Shown here piece by piece: positions 36,142-44,432 of a stretch of DNA of 64,000 nt. Origin of the DNA: Desulfobacterales bacterium (GTDB lineage Bacteria > Desulfobacterota > Desulfobacteria > Desulfobacterales > JAFDDL01); NCBI GenBank assembly GCA_034003325.1, contig JAVEYW010000006.1, forward strand, positions 4,362 to 68,361, given 5' to 3'. The notes below the pieces were generated by a model. It saw only the letters and a program-made list of their open reading frames with translations, ran no database searches and was not told the DNA's origin. The position numbers and the translations under genes are program-made. The first letter of the stretch is position 1; each line of letters opens with the position of its first letter.

Positions 36142-37317
36142 ATGATGAGACCAGCACATCGATTGGCGGCTGTGGTCGCCGCACTGGCAATGGGGATGTT
36201 CGCGGGAATCGCAACCGCCGGGGAGACCATTAAACTAGGCGCTTTTTTTGACCTGTCCGGTCCGGCCGCGTTTATCGGCACGCCGACCAAGCTGGTGGCC
36301 GAGATGGTTGTGGACAAAATCAACCACGAAGGGGGTGTCAACGGCCAAAAGCTTGAGTTGATCATTGGCGACACCGAGGGAGACCCGGCCAAGGCGGCCA
36401 ACATTGCAAAAAAATTCATTTACAAGGACAAGGTGGTCGCCATCATCGGTCCCACCCGTACCGATACCGGAATGGCGGTCAAGAAGATCATTCACGAGGG
36501 AAAGCTGCCCGCCTTCATGACCGTCGGCGGGGATCCGGTCATCATGGGCGGCCCCAAACTGGGACCGTTTGAGTGGGTGTTCAAGTCGCCCCAACGCTCT
36601 TCGGTAGCGGTCAAACGTCTCTATATGTACTTAAAAGACAAAGGGCTTACCAAAATAGCCCTGCTTACCGCATCCGATAGTTTCGGCAAGGACGGGGAAA
36701 GGTGGCTGAACAGCATGGCTTCCGAATTCGGTCTTGAGATCGTGGCCAAAGAATCCTTTGGCCCCAGGGATACCGACATGACGGCCCAGTTGACCAACGT
36801 CAAAAATGCCAAGCCCCAGGCCCTGATTGTCTGGACCATTGGACCTGCCGGCGCCATTGTTTCCAAGAATAAAGCCCAATTGGGCATCGACTTGCCGCTG
36901 TTTCAATGCCATGGGCTGCCGGACCCCAAGTATATCGAACTGGCCGGAAAGGCTGCTGAAGGCGATCGCATGCCGGCCACCAAACTGATGGTGGGCGACG
37001 CCCTGCCGGATTCAGATCCCCAGAAACCGGTCATCAAGGAGTTTATTCGGCTCTACAAGGATCAATACGGCTTTGACAAGCAATTTCCCATCAACACGCA
37101 TTCCGGGTATGCGTGGGACGCCATCATGATCGTGGCCGATGCCATGAAAAAAGCGGGCACGCAAGCCGATGCCCTGCGCACGGCCATCGAACAGACAAAG
37201 GGCTATGTGGGGGTTTCCGGCGTTTATAATCTGACACCCGAGGATCACAACGGCCTGGACGTGGATTCCATGGTGATCGTGCAGGTAAAGGACGGCCGGT
37301 TCGTTATGGCGGAATAA
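36142..37317 (+). CDS. ABC transporter periplasmic substrate-binding protein (LivJ/K-type, family 4)
   Basis: ATG 36142 with AAGGAGG upstream. Signal peptide MMRPAHRLAAVVAALAMGMFAGIATA. ..IKLGAFFDLSGPAAFIG.. is typical. Confidence 0.9.
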   Translation: MMRPAHRLAAVVAALAMGMFAGIATAGETIKLGAFFDLSGPAAFIGTPTKLVAEMVVDKINHEGGVNGQKLELIIGDTEGDPAKAANIAKKFIYKDKVVAIIGPTRTDTGMAVKKIIHEGKLPAFMTVGGDPVIMGGPKLGPFEWVFKSPQRSSVAVKRLYMYLKDKGLTKIALLTASDSFGKDGERWLNSMASEFGLEIVAKESFGPRDTDMTAQLTNVKNAKPQALIVWTIGPAGAIVSKNKAQLGIDLPLFQCHGLPDPKYIELAGKAAEGDRMPATKLMVGDALPDSDPQKPVIKEFIRLYKDQYGFDKQFPINTHSGYAWDAIMIVADAMKKAGTQADALRTAIEQTKGYVGVSGVYNLTPEDHNGLDVDSMVIVQVKDGRFVMAE

Positions 37318-37342
37318 CCGGTATTAAAGCCAATAGAATCAG

Positions 37343-37378
37343 AAAAACCGGGCCATTGATTGTGCCCGGTTTTTTTTG
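37343..37378. terminator. Bidirectional Rho-independent terminator between the liv operon and yciH
   Basis: AAAAACCGGGC, a 10-nt loop, GCCCGGTTTTTTTT. An A-tract and a T-tract flank a GC stem. Confidence 0.8.
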
Positions 37379-37391
37379 TGTGATCGCGTTG

Positions 37392-37772
37392 TCATCCTCC
37401 GGCCAACTTGGCTACTATCCCTTGCTGTTGAAGCTCGGCCTGCAATTTTTGGCGATGATCTCCCTGAATGATAATGGTGCCGTCTTTGACGGCGCCACCG
37501 GTCCCGCAAATAGATTTCAACTGTTTGGCTATCTGCTTAAGCCGGGTGTCATCCATCTCCAATCCATAAATGACGCTGACGCATTTGCCGCCGCGGCCTT
37601 TCACCTCTTTTTGAATGCGAACGATTCCGTCGTGTTTACTCTGGACGGGGTACGGTGCCGGCTGGTTTTGTTTTTTTCTTTTCTTGCAGCTGCATGCGGC
37701 GGCCGGTAGTCCGCATGTCGGGCATATCCTGCCGGTTTGGGTGGAATAGACCAGGCGCGAGTTGTCATTCAT
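37392..37772 (-). CDS. yciH: SUI1/eIF1-family translation initiation factor homologue YciH
   Basis: ..GIVRIQKEVKGRGGKCVSVIYGL..GGAVKDGTIIIQGDHR.. is the SUI1 domain. 126 aa. Confidence 0.85.
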   Translation of the reverse strand: MNDNSRLVYSTQTGRICPTCGLPAAACSCKKRKKQNQPAPYPVQSKHDGIVRIQKEVKGRGGKCVSVIYGLEMDDTRLKQIAKQLKSICGTGGAVKDGTIIIQGDHRQKLQAELQQQGIVAKLAGG

Positions 37773-37805
37773 CGAGAAATCCCCTTCATCTGCTTCGATA
37801 AAACG

Positions 37806-37929
37806 TAAGGCCCTTTATCAGAAACATGCACGCTTTAGCGTGTATATTCGCCGAAGGTGAAAGATGGCTTTTATGCATCCCAGCATTCCAGCATCCCAGC
37901 ATCCCAGCTCCCGGCCTTGCCGGGTTAGG
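37806..37929 (+). repeat. Intergenic repeat, subtype A, longest copy (5 octamer units)
   Basis: TAAGGCCCTTTATCAGAAACATGCACGCTTTAGCGTGTATATTCGCCGAAGGTGAAAGATGGCTTTTATGCATCCCAGCATTCCAGCATCCCAGCATCCCAGCTCCCGGCCTTGCCGGGTTAGG. Confidence 0.9.
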
Positions 37930-37984
37930 TTAACCAGTCAAGGAATAGGCTGTCGGGTGCAATACCGACCTCGAATTCGGAGGG

Positions 37985-38182
37985 TCAGTCTTGAATGGCT
38001 TTAACCCTTCCAACCAGGCCGTTTTCCAGACGGACCTTTATTCCGTGAGGATGCGTGGGGGATTTTGTCAGAATATCCCGCACGATGCCTTCGGTCAGTT
38101 TTCCGCTTCTCTGGTCCTGCTTCAAAACAATGGAAACTTTTTGGCCGGATAGAATATCGGCTCTTTGGGTTCCGTTGGTCAT
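37985..38182 (-). CDS. ywbE: YwbE-family small protein
   Basis: 65 aa. ..VSIVLKQDQRSGKLTEGIVRDILT..HPHGIKVRLENGLVGRVK.. matches the YwbE/TIGR03833 pattern. Confidence 0.75.
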   Translation of the reverse strand: MTNGTQRADILSGQKVSIVLKQDQRSGKLTEGIVRDILTKSPTHPHGIKVRLENGLVGRVKAIQD

Positions 38183-38194
38183 TTGGAAATTTCC

Positions 38195-38902
38195 TTATTT
38201 TTTCGATGAGCTGTTTCCTGTGGTGCCGCCCGGTTTTCGGGCGATCCAGAGAATGTGCTTGCCGCCTTTTCCCGGCTTTCTGGCGCTCACGGTTAGGGTT
38301 TCCATTCCAAAGCCGCACTGTTTCAGGCGGTGGCCAAAGGGCTCGTCTACCCCGCAAGACCAGACAGCCAGAATCCCTTCGGGCGCGAGCGCGGAAAAGG
38401 CCTTTTTTAGGCCGGATCTTCCGTAGAGGCGGTCATTGGCTTTGCGGGTAAGCCCGCCGGGGCCGTTGTCCACGTCAAGAAGAATGGCATCCCAGGCGGA
38501 TTCTTGTTTCCCGATGGTTTCCGACACATCTTCTTCTCGAAGGGATACCCGTGAATCATTCAGCGGCATGCCGGCAAGGTGCCCCAGGTATTCCCGGTTC
38601 CATTTGACGACTGCCGGAATCAGCTCCGATACGGTGATGCGCGCATCCGGCGCCGAGTGTTTAAGTGCCGTCGCAAGCGTGTAGCCCATTCCGAGGCCGC
38701 CGATGAGAATCCGCGCGCCGGGTTTTCGTTTCAAACGGCGGCAAGTGATCTCAGCCAAGGCATCTTCGGAGCCGTGGCGGCGGCTGTTCATCAGCTCGGT
38801 TCCCGCAGTCCGAAGCGAAAATTCCGCACCTCGCTTCAGTAGCGTGACTTTTCCCTCATATTCAGGGACTTGCGCTTCGTCGAGCTTTTCCCATGGAATC
38901 AA
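38195..38902 (-). CDS. Spermidine-synthase-like SAM-dependent methyltransferase-fold protein
   Basis: TTG start. ..ILIGGLGMGYTL.. and ..AILLDVDNGP.. motifs. 235 aa. Confidence 0.7.
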   Translation of the reverse strand: MIPWEKLDEAQVPEYEGKVTLLKRGAEFSLRTAGTELMNSRRHGSEDALAEITCRRLKRKPGARILIGGLGMGYTLATALKHSAPDARITVSELIPAVVKWNREYLGHLAGMPLNDSRVSLREEDVSETIGKQESAWDAILLDVDNGPGGLTRKANDRLYGRSGLKKAFSALAPEGILAVWSCGVDEPFGHRLKQCGFGMETLTVSARKPGKGGKHILWIARKPGGTTGNSSSKK

Positions 38903-39003
38903 ATGGTTTTCCTTAACCGGCGGATGAACAGCCTCGTTCTCGTTTTTCTGTTGATCCGTTTATAGCATGCTGTATTCAATTAATATACCTTGTCAACGAG
39001 CGA
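38886..39003. repeat. Left copy of about 118-bp diverged direct repeat flanking the zeta-like island
   Basis: ..AACCGGCGGATGAACAGCCTCGTTCTCG..TTTATAGCATGCTG..ATTAATATACCTTGTCAACGAGCGATG aligns at about 70-75 percent with 40186-40303. It includes the first codons and upstream region of the 38195-38902 gene. Confidence 0.7.
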
Positions 39004-39086
39004 TGCAGGCACTGCCTGTGTGAAACGAACTTCAACATCCTTTTGATTTCGAAAGTCGCTTATCTTCGGCTGTTCAATGTGCATGT

Positions 39087-39263
39087 TCAGTCCTTGGGGG
39101 TAGGGGCATCATCACCCTGCATCACCGGTTTTTTGCCGTCCCAGATCACGAAATAGTGGCCGAGTCTGCGTTTTTTCTCCAGAGTTTTTTCAACCGTTCT
39201 TTTAAGAGATTTCAATATCTTAATGCTATGTTCCGAGGGTGTCTTTTTATAAGTGGTCGTCAT
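39087..39263 (-). CDS. Unlisted 58-aa ORF translationally coupled to the zeta-like ATPase
   Basis: ATG 39263 overlaps the TGA of the upstream gene (ATGA). Sequence [58 protein letters not shown]. Below the track threshold. Confidence 0.4.
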   Translation of the reverse strand: MTTTYKKTPSEHSIKILKSLKRTVEKTLEKKRRLGHYFVIWDGKKPVMQGDDAPTPKD

Positions 39264-39832
39264 AATCCGGCCTCCTTAGATAACAGTTTAAAATAAGCCT
39301 CTTGATGAATATCACGGTTTTTTCCCTGTTGCTCGAAAGTCAAAACAGGGTCTTTGGTGTCATTCATCAAGCATACGCAACGATTCACCGCAGAGCTGAA
39401 TAAGGTGAACAGGTTGATAAGACTGCGCGGAAACCGCCGTACAATGTCCCGCTCCGGAATGCTGTGGCCGCCGTGTGAAACGCGCTCGGCCACCCTGAAT
39501 TTGGACGTTTCGACATTGGGGAGCGCAAGGTATATCAACTCCACCTGCCAGCCGTCCTTTCTCAAGCGGTTGATCAGTTTTAAGTGACCCCGTCCCGAAA
39601 GTGTGGTTTCAAAAGCGAAATCCTCTCCTCGGCCAATACGTGCCTCTATTTCTTGTAGAAAAAGTCGGCTTGCCGCAACGAGTTCCCGGTTCGGCGCCAG
39701 CGGGGATAAACCGGCCGCGATCAGATCCGCGTTAATAAAGTTCGAGCAGCCCGTCACCTCGGGGAGATAATCCAGCGCAAAGGTGGTTTTCCCCGCACCG
39801 TTGGGACCGGCGATCATCCAGCAGGTGGGCAT
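39260..39832 (-). CDS. Zeta-toxin-like / COG4185-type P-loop ATPase (kinase fold)
   Basis: Walker [12 protein letters not shown] at the N-terminus. About 190 aa, the typical size for zeta-like or predicted ABC-type ATPase toxins. Confidence 0.7.
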   Translation of the reverse strand: MPTCWMIAGPNGAGKTTFALDYLPEVTGCSNFINADLIAAGLSPLAPNRELVAASRLFLQEIEARIGRGEDFAFETTLSGRGHLKLINRLRKDGWQVELIYLALPNVETSKFRVAERVSHGGHSIPERDIVRRFPRSLINLFTLFSSAVNRCVCLMNDTKDPVLTFEQQGKNRDIHQEAYFKLLSKEAGL

Positions 39833-40008
39833 CAGGCCACCTCCGCGATATCCGGCAAGGAGGTCCTCTCAATGGCCTGCGTCTTTTCCAGCTCGGCAAT
39901 CCAGCCCTTGGCCATTTTGGTTTTTAGTTGCTGCCAACCTGCCTGTTCGATGGCTGGTGTGATGAACTTTGTGCAGATGTCTCGTTCGCTGAGCTTTTTT
40001 TTATCCAT
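39832..40008 (-). CDS. Small ORF whose N-terminus matches the N-terminal motif of type I restriction HsdR; possible chimeric remnant or antitoxin position
   Basis: [26 protein letters not shown].. resembles the conserved HsdR_N start (LSE..TR.KFI.P.L..AGW). The ORF ends 1 nt into the ATPase start (TGATG). Confidence 0.4.
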   Translation of the reverse strand: MDKKKLSERDICTKFITPAIEQAGWQQLKTKMAKGWIAELEKTQAIERTSLPDIAEVA

Positions 40009-40185
40009 GTTCACCACGCCCTGCTATTTTTTTGAAGGCCGTCCGTATGTTCGCATCGAATTGCCTCTATTTGGTGGCGAGCGAAAGGCCACCATACGTG
40101 TTATTAGTGATTCAATTTATTCGGCAAAATATTATATTTGCTATTCCTTGTGCAAGAAAAACCGTTCAACCACCGGCACTTTCTA

Positions 40186-40303
40186 TGTTTTTCCAGGGGG
40201 CCACACGTTTCTCCTCAACCGGCGGACCAACAGCCTTGTCCGCATGCTTTTGTCTATTCGTCTATAGCACGTAACGTCTGATTAATATATATTGGCAACG
40301 ATG
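40186..40303. repeat. Right copy of the about 118-bp diverged direct repeat
   Basis: ..AACCGGCGGACCAACAGCCTTGTCCGC..TCTATAGCACGTAAC..ATTAATATATATTGGCAACGATGG. Contains a truncated pseudo-start (GTG GCC CCC TGG AAA AAC.. compared with TTG ATT CCA TGG GAA AAG.. at 38902). Confidence 0.7.
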
Positions 40304-40359
40304 GCCGGGCTGGCCGGCTTGCAGCCGCGCAATGATCATGTTTGATAAGGATAACCGCC

Positions 40360-42558
40360 ATGGATAAAAAAATTCAAATTGCATCCGCCATTCTTGAAGC
40401 GATCGAAGACGGCATTTACGTCGTCGGCCGGGAATTTAAGCTGGAATACATGAATTCGGCCATGATCAGAGAGTTGGGGAACGGTGTCGGGAAAAATTGT
40501 TTCGAAGTCATTCACCGACTGAGGGAGAAGTGCCCGTGGTGTTTGGCCCAGGAGGTTTTTGACGGCAAAACGCAGCGGCGGGAAGTGCGGTTTCCGGCGA
40601 CCAATAAGTATTACGACATCATTGATGTGCCCCTCAAAAGCCCGGATGGCGGCAGCGTCTCCATGCTGAGTATTTGTCGGGATATCACGCTGAGAAAGCA
40701 AAGCCAGGCGCGGTTGCGGGCATCTGAAAAGGATTACGAATACCTTTTCGAGAATGTGGGATGCGGCGTGTATATCAGCAACAAGGAGGGCAAGGTCTTG
40801 AATGCAAATCGGGCCTTGATCGAAATGCTGGGGTATGAAAGCAAGGAAGAATTTTCGAAAATCGATATTGCAACGGATTTATATCTGCGGCCGGCGGATC
40901 GGGTGAAATTCCAGGAAATGGTCGAACGCGACGGCCGGGTGATCGATTATGAAGCCGAGTTCAAGCGCAAGGATAAACGCCCGTTAACCGTTCTTCTTAC
41001 CAGTCATGTCCGATTAAATTCACAGGGCGAGATCGTAGGCTATGAAGGGATCATCGTTGACCAGTCCCAGAGAAAATTGATGGAAGAAAAACTCAGGGCC
41101 TCGGAAGAAGACTTTAAAAGGCTTTTTGAGTTGGTTGAATGCGGCGTTTTTATCAGCAGCAAGGACGGCAGGTTCATCAAAGTCAACAAAGCGCTTCTGG
41201 ATATGCTGGGATACAGCAGTGAGGCGGAGTTTTTGACGCTGGATATCGCACGGGATCTTTACGTGCGGCCGGAGGATCGGAAACGATTCCAGGAGGCGAT
41301 CGCGCGTGACGGCCGGGTGGTGAGCCAGGAGGTTGAATTCAGGAAAAAAGACGGCGGCACGGTGTCTGTCCTGCTGACAGGCCATGCGCGATACGACCAA
41401 AAGGGAATCATCATTGGTTATGAAGGGCTGAATGTGGATATTACCCAGCGAAAGCTGATGGAGAAAGAGTTAAAAGAAGCCTATGATTTCATAAATAAAA
41501 TTATAAAAAGTTCCCCCAACCCCATCATTGCGGCCGACATGAAGGGCAGCATCATGATCTGGAATCCTGCCGCGGAAGAAACACTGGGGTATCGGGCAGA
41601 AGAAGTTATCGGGAAAATCAATATTCAAGATATTTATCCGGACGACATGGCCTTTAAGGTCATGAAGATGATGCGTGGCCCGGACTATGGGGGCGTGGGC
41701 AAGCTGCGCGCCTATCCCATGATATTTTTAAAAAAGGACGGCACCGGGGTGGAAGGTAACCTGTCCGCGGCGATTTTATATGATGCCGGCGGAAAGGAGG
41801 TCGCCTCCGTCGGCTCCTTTGTGGATCTCGAAGAGCGGCTCGAAATGGAGAGGGCGTTGCAGCGAACCCAGGCGCAGTTGCTGCAGGCTGAAAAACTGGC
41901 CGCCATGGGAAGACTGACCTCTCAGATCGCCCATGAACTCAACAACCCGCTTTACGGAATCATGAACACGCTGGAACTGATGAAAACAGAGATTCCACCG
42001 GAAAACAGGCGTCGCAAAATTTTGGAAATGGCTCTTTCGGAAACCATGCGCTTAAGTGACCTGCTCAAAAAAATGCTCTCCTTTTCCAAGCCGGACCAGG
42101 AAGAAAAGGCGGTCGTGAATATCAACATGCTGTTGGATGAAATCCTGTCGCTGCATGGAAAACAATTGCTTGAAAACAACATACGAATTTCCGCGGCCCT
42201 TTCAGAGGATCTGCCGAATATTTTCGCTTCCAGAAATCAATTGCGCCAAGTATTTATCAACCTGATCAAAAATGCAATGGACGCCATGCCGGAGGGAGGG
42301 GAGCTGCGCGTGCGTACCGGCAGCGACGCCGGTCGGGTTCGTGTCGATGTGTCCGATAACGGGATCGGCATTCAGAAAGCGCATTTGGGAAAAATATTTG
42401 ACAGTTTTTTTACCACCAAGGACAGCGTCAAAGGCGTTGGCCTCGGCTTGTCCGTCTGTTACGGGTTTATCAAGGACCACGGCGGTGATATTCGGGTGGA
42501 GAGCAAGCCCGGCGCCGGCACCACGTTTATAATCACCCTGCCTTGCCACGACGATTGA
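40360..42558 (+). CDS. Multi-PAS sensor histidine kinase
   Basis: Several PAS-like repeats (..FENVGCGVYISNKEGKVLNANRAL.., ..FELVECGVFISSKDGRFIKVNKAL..). HisKA H-box SQIAHELNNPL. HATPase N/G boxes (NLIKNAMDAM, GIGI, GVGLGLS). Confidence 0.9.
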   Translation: MDKKIQIASAILEAIEDGIYVVGREFKLEYMNSAMIRELGNGVGKNCFEVIHRLREKCPWCLAQEVFDGKTQRREVRFPATNKYYDIIDVPLKSPDGGSVSMLSICRDITLRKQSQARLRASEKDYEYLFENVGCGVYISNKEGKVLNANRALIEMLGYESKEEFSKIDIATDLYLRPADRVKFQEMVERDGRVIDYEAEFKRKDKRPLTVLLTSHVRLNSQGEIVGYEGIIVDQSQRKLMEEKLRASEEDFKRLFELVECGVFISSKDGRFIKVNKALLDMLGYSSEAEFLTLDIARDLYVRPEDRKRFQEAIARDGRVVSQEVEFRKKDGGTVSVLLTGHARYDQKGIIIGYEGLNVDITQRKLMEKELKEAYDFINKIIKSSPNPIIAADMKGSIMIWNPAAEETLGYRAEEVIGKINIQDIYPDDMAFKVMKMMRGPDYGGVGKLRAYPMIFLKKDGTGVEGNLSAAILYDAGGKEVASVGSFVDLEERLEMERALQRTQAQLLQAEKLAAMGRLTSQIAHELNNPLYGIMNTLELMKTEIPPENRRRKILEMALSETMRLSDLLKKMLSFSKPDQEEKAVVNINMLLDEILSLHGKQLLENNIRISAALSEDLPNIFASRNQLRQVFINLIKNAMDAMPEGGELRVRTGSDAGRVRVDVSDNGIGIQKAHLGKIFDSFFTTKDSVKGVGLGLSVCYGFIKDHGGDIRVESKPGAGTTFIITLPCHDD

Positions 42559-42833
42559 TTCATCATGCTTCCGCTTTTCGCCGGTCCGGCTGCGGACGCG
42601 GCTGTCAACGCGGGAAGATGCGGAATGTTCCCGCCGGTATCAAGCTATAAAAGCTGAAATAACTATAAAAAAAATATGTTTATCAATGACTATATATGTA
42701 ATAAATAAATTTTAACTAACTGTTATAATAGTTAATTTAACTATTATTGCGAATTTGTGTTGACATGGCGGTTTTTAACTGTAATAGATGAAATAACTAT
42801 ATTTCAAAATATAGAGCAAAGGAGCCCGCTCCC

Positions 42834-43406
42834 ATGGAAGATATCCTCACCGTATTCAAAGCCAGTCAGTACTGTAGCGTGTCCAGCAAAACCATCATTA
42901 ACTGGATCGAAGCCGGACACATCAAAGCCTATAAAACCGTCGGCGGCCATCGCCGCATCAACCGCAGCGATCTTGAAGCGTTTATGAGAAAGCAGGGCAT
43001 ACCGATTCCCGAAACCGGTGTGGCCGATGAGAGAATCAGAATCCTGGTGGTGGATGATGACCCGATTATCGTGGAAACCATTGTGCAGGCCCTGGAAGAA
43101 GATGAATTCGACTATGAGGTGATCTCAGCCTCAGATGGATTTGAAGCCGGGCTTCAGGTGAACCATTTTGCGCCGCATCTGATGATTCTCGATATCATGA
43201 TGCCGGATATCAAGGGCTATGAGGTCTGCAAAAGGATCAAGGACCACCCGGATACCCGACACATGAAGATCATCGTGTTGTCCGCTTATCTGGACGAAGA
43301 AAAATTTAAAAAGATGACGGAGTATGGCGCAGACGCCTGTTTCTCCAAGCCTTTCCCGCTGCCTCAACTGAAAGAAGAAGTCGCCCGACAGCTCCAGTTG
43401 CGCTGA
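42834..43406 (+). CDS. Response regulator with N-terminal excisionase/MerR-type HTH and C-terminal receiver domain
   Basis: ..YCSVSSKTIINWIEAGHIKAYKTVGGHRRI.. is the HTH. ..ILVVDDDP..LMILDIMMPDIKG..KIIVLSA.. is the receiver. Confidence 0.85.
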   Translation: MEDILTVFKASQYCSVSSKTIINWIEAGHIKAYKTVGGHRRINRSDLEAFMRKQGIPIPETGVADERIRILVVDDDPIIVETIVQALEEDEFDYEVISASDGFEAGLQVNHFAPHLMILDIMMPDIKGYEVCKRIKDHPDTRHMKIIVLSAYLDEEKFKKMTEYGADACFSKPFPLPQLKEEVARQLQLR

Positions 43407-43469
43407 AATCAATCTGCTTGAATGCTCATTGGCTCTGGTCGCCGGTTCTCAACGTTAAGAGGAGGCCCC

Positions 43470-44345
43470 ATGAAGCTCAAGGAAGCGATTGAAAAAAAGC
43501 AGTTTGTCGTCACATCGGAAATCCAGACCCCGATCGATGACACGCCGGAAGATCTGGTGCGCAGCCTTGCCCCGATTCGCGGTCGTGTGGACGGCGTATC
43601 GCTGACCAAGGTGGAGTTGGAGGGCGTGGTCGGCGACACCATTAAGACCTGTCAGCTTCTTCAGCAAAGCCAGATCGAGCCGATCTATCAAACCACGACC
43701 CGGGATAAAAATCGCCTTCAACTGCAAAAGGATTTGATCGACGCGCACCAGAGCGGCATCGAAAACCTTCTGGTATTTACCGAAGATTATCGCATTACGG
43801 GTGATAGTTTGCAGGAAATGATGTTTTTTCATGTGGATGCGGGAAAACTGCAATCCGTATTGGCGCATATCCGGCAAGGCCATACCGTTGACGGGGAAGC
43901 ATTGCCCTCGGCACCCGATTTTCTGATCGGTTCCGGTGTGGAGTCCTGCTGGGGCAAACAGGTGCCGGATCTGGAATTAAGGGAAATGGAAGAGATGACC
44001 AAAGTCGGCGCGGGGTATTTTTTGACTACGCCGGTGTTCGACCTGGATCAGTTTGCCAAATTTCTAAAACGAATCGATACGTTCGGGGTTCCCGTCATCG
44101 CGGAAGTCATGATCTTGCGAACGGCCGGCATGGCCCGGTTTCTTAACCGGCATCTGAAGTCCGGTATGGTGCCGGAGTGGATGATACAAAAGATGACCCG
44201 GGAGCCGGACCGACAGAAGGCGAGCATTGAAATTTTTTCTGATACCGTCAACGGGTTGAAACATCTTTGCCAGGGGGTTCATATCATTACCATCGGCGGA
44301 GAAGACAAACTTCGGCTCTATCTGGATGCCGCCCGGCTGAAATAG
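43470..44345 (+). CDS. Divergent methylenetetrahydrofolate reductase-like protein (MetF paralogue)
   Basis: ATG 43470 with GAGGAGG upstream. ..KQFVVTSEIQTP.., ..TTTRDKNRLQLQ.. and ..GAGYFLTTPVFD.. align with the second MetF at 51552 (..KFVVTSEVAPP.., ..MTCRDRNRLALQ.., ..GAEFIQTQAVYD..). Confidence 0.7.
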   Translation: MKLKEAIEKKQFVVTSEIQTPIDDTPEDLVRSLAPIRGRVDGVSLTKVELEGVVGDTIKTCQLLQQSQIEPIYQTTTRDKNRLQLQKDLIDAHQSGIENLLVFTEDYRITGDSLQEMMFFHVDAGKLQSVLAHIRQGHTVDGEALPSAPDFLIGSGVESCWGKQVPDLELREMEEMTKVGAGYFLTTPVFDLDQFAKFLKRIDTFGVPVIAEVMILRTAGMARFLNRHLKSGMVPEWMIQKMTREPDRQKASIEIFSDTVNGLKHLCQGVHIITIGGEDKLRLYLDAARLK

Positions 44346-44432
44346 CCTCTAAGCGGGATGCTTTCGAAAAAAGCGGGCGAAGCGCCGATTCGTTCCTAGA
44401 CCACTATCAACTTCGCAAAAGGAGTGCTTTTT

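Noticed and set aside
34785-36419. 544-aa reverse ORF
   Set aside because: It is entirely antisense to the livF-paaK fusion, which has clear Walker and PaaK motifs. The translation is Gly/Ala/Arg/Pro-rich with no motifs. It is a typical shadow ORF in GC-rich coding DNA.
37875-37914. Possible CRISPR or other spaced-repeat array
   Set aside because: The repeats are contiguous 8-mers without spacers and are embedded in the dispersed element. No cas genes are present.
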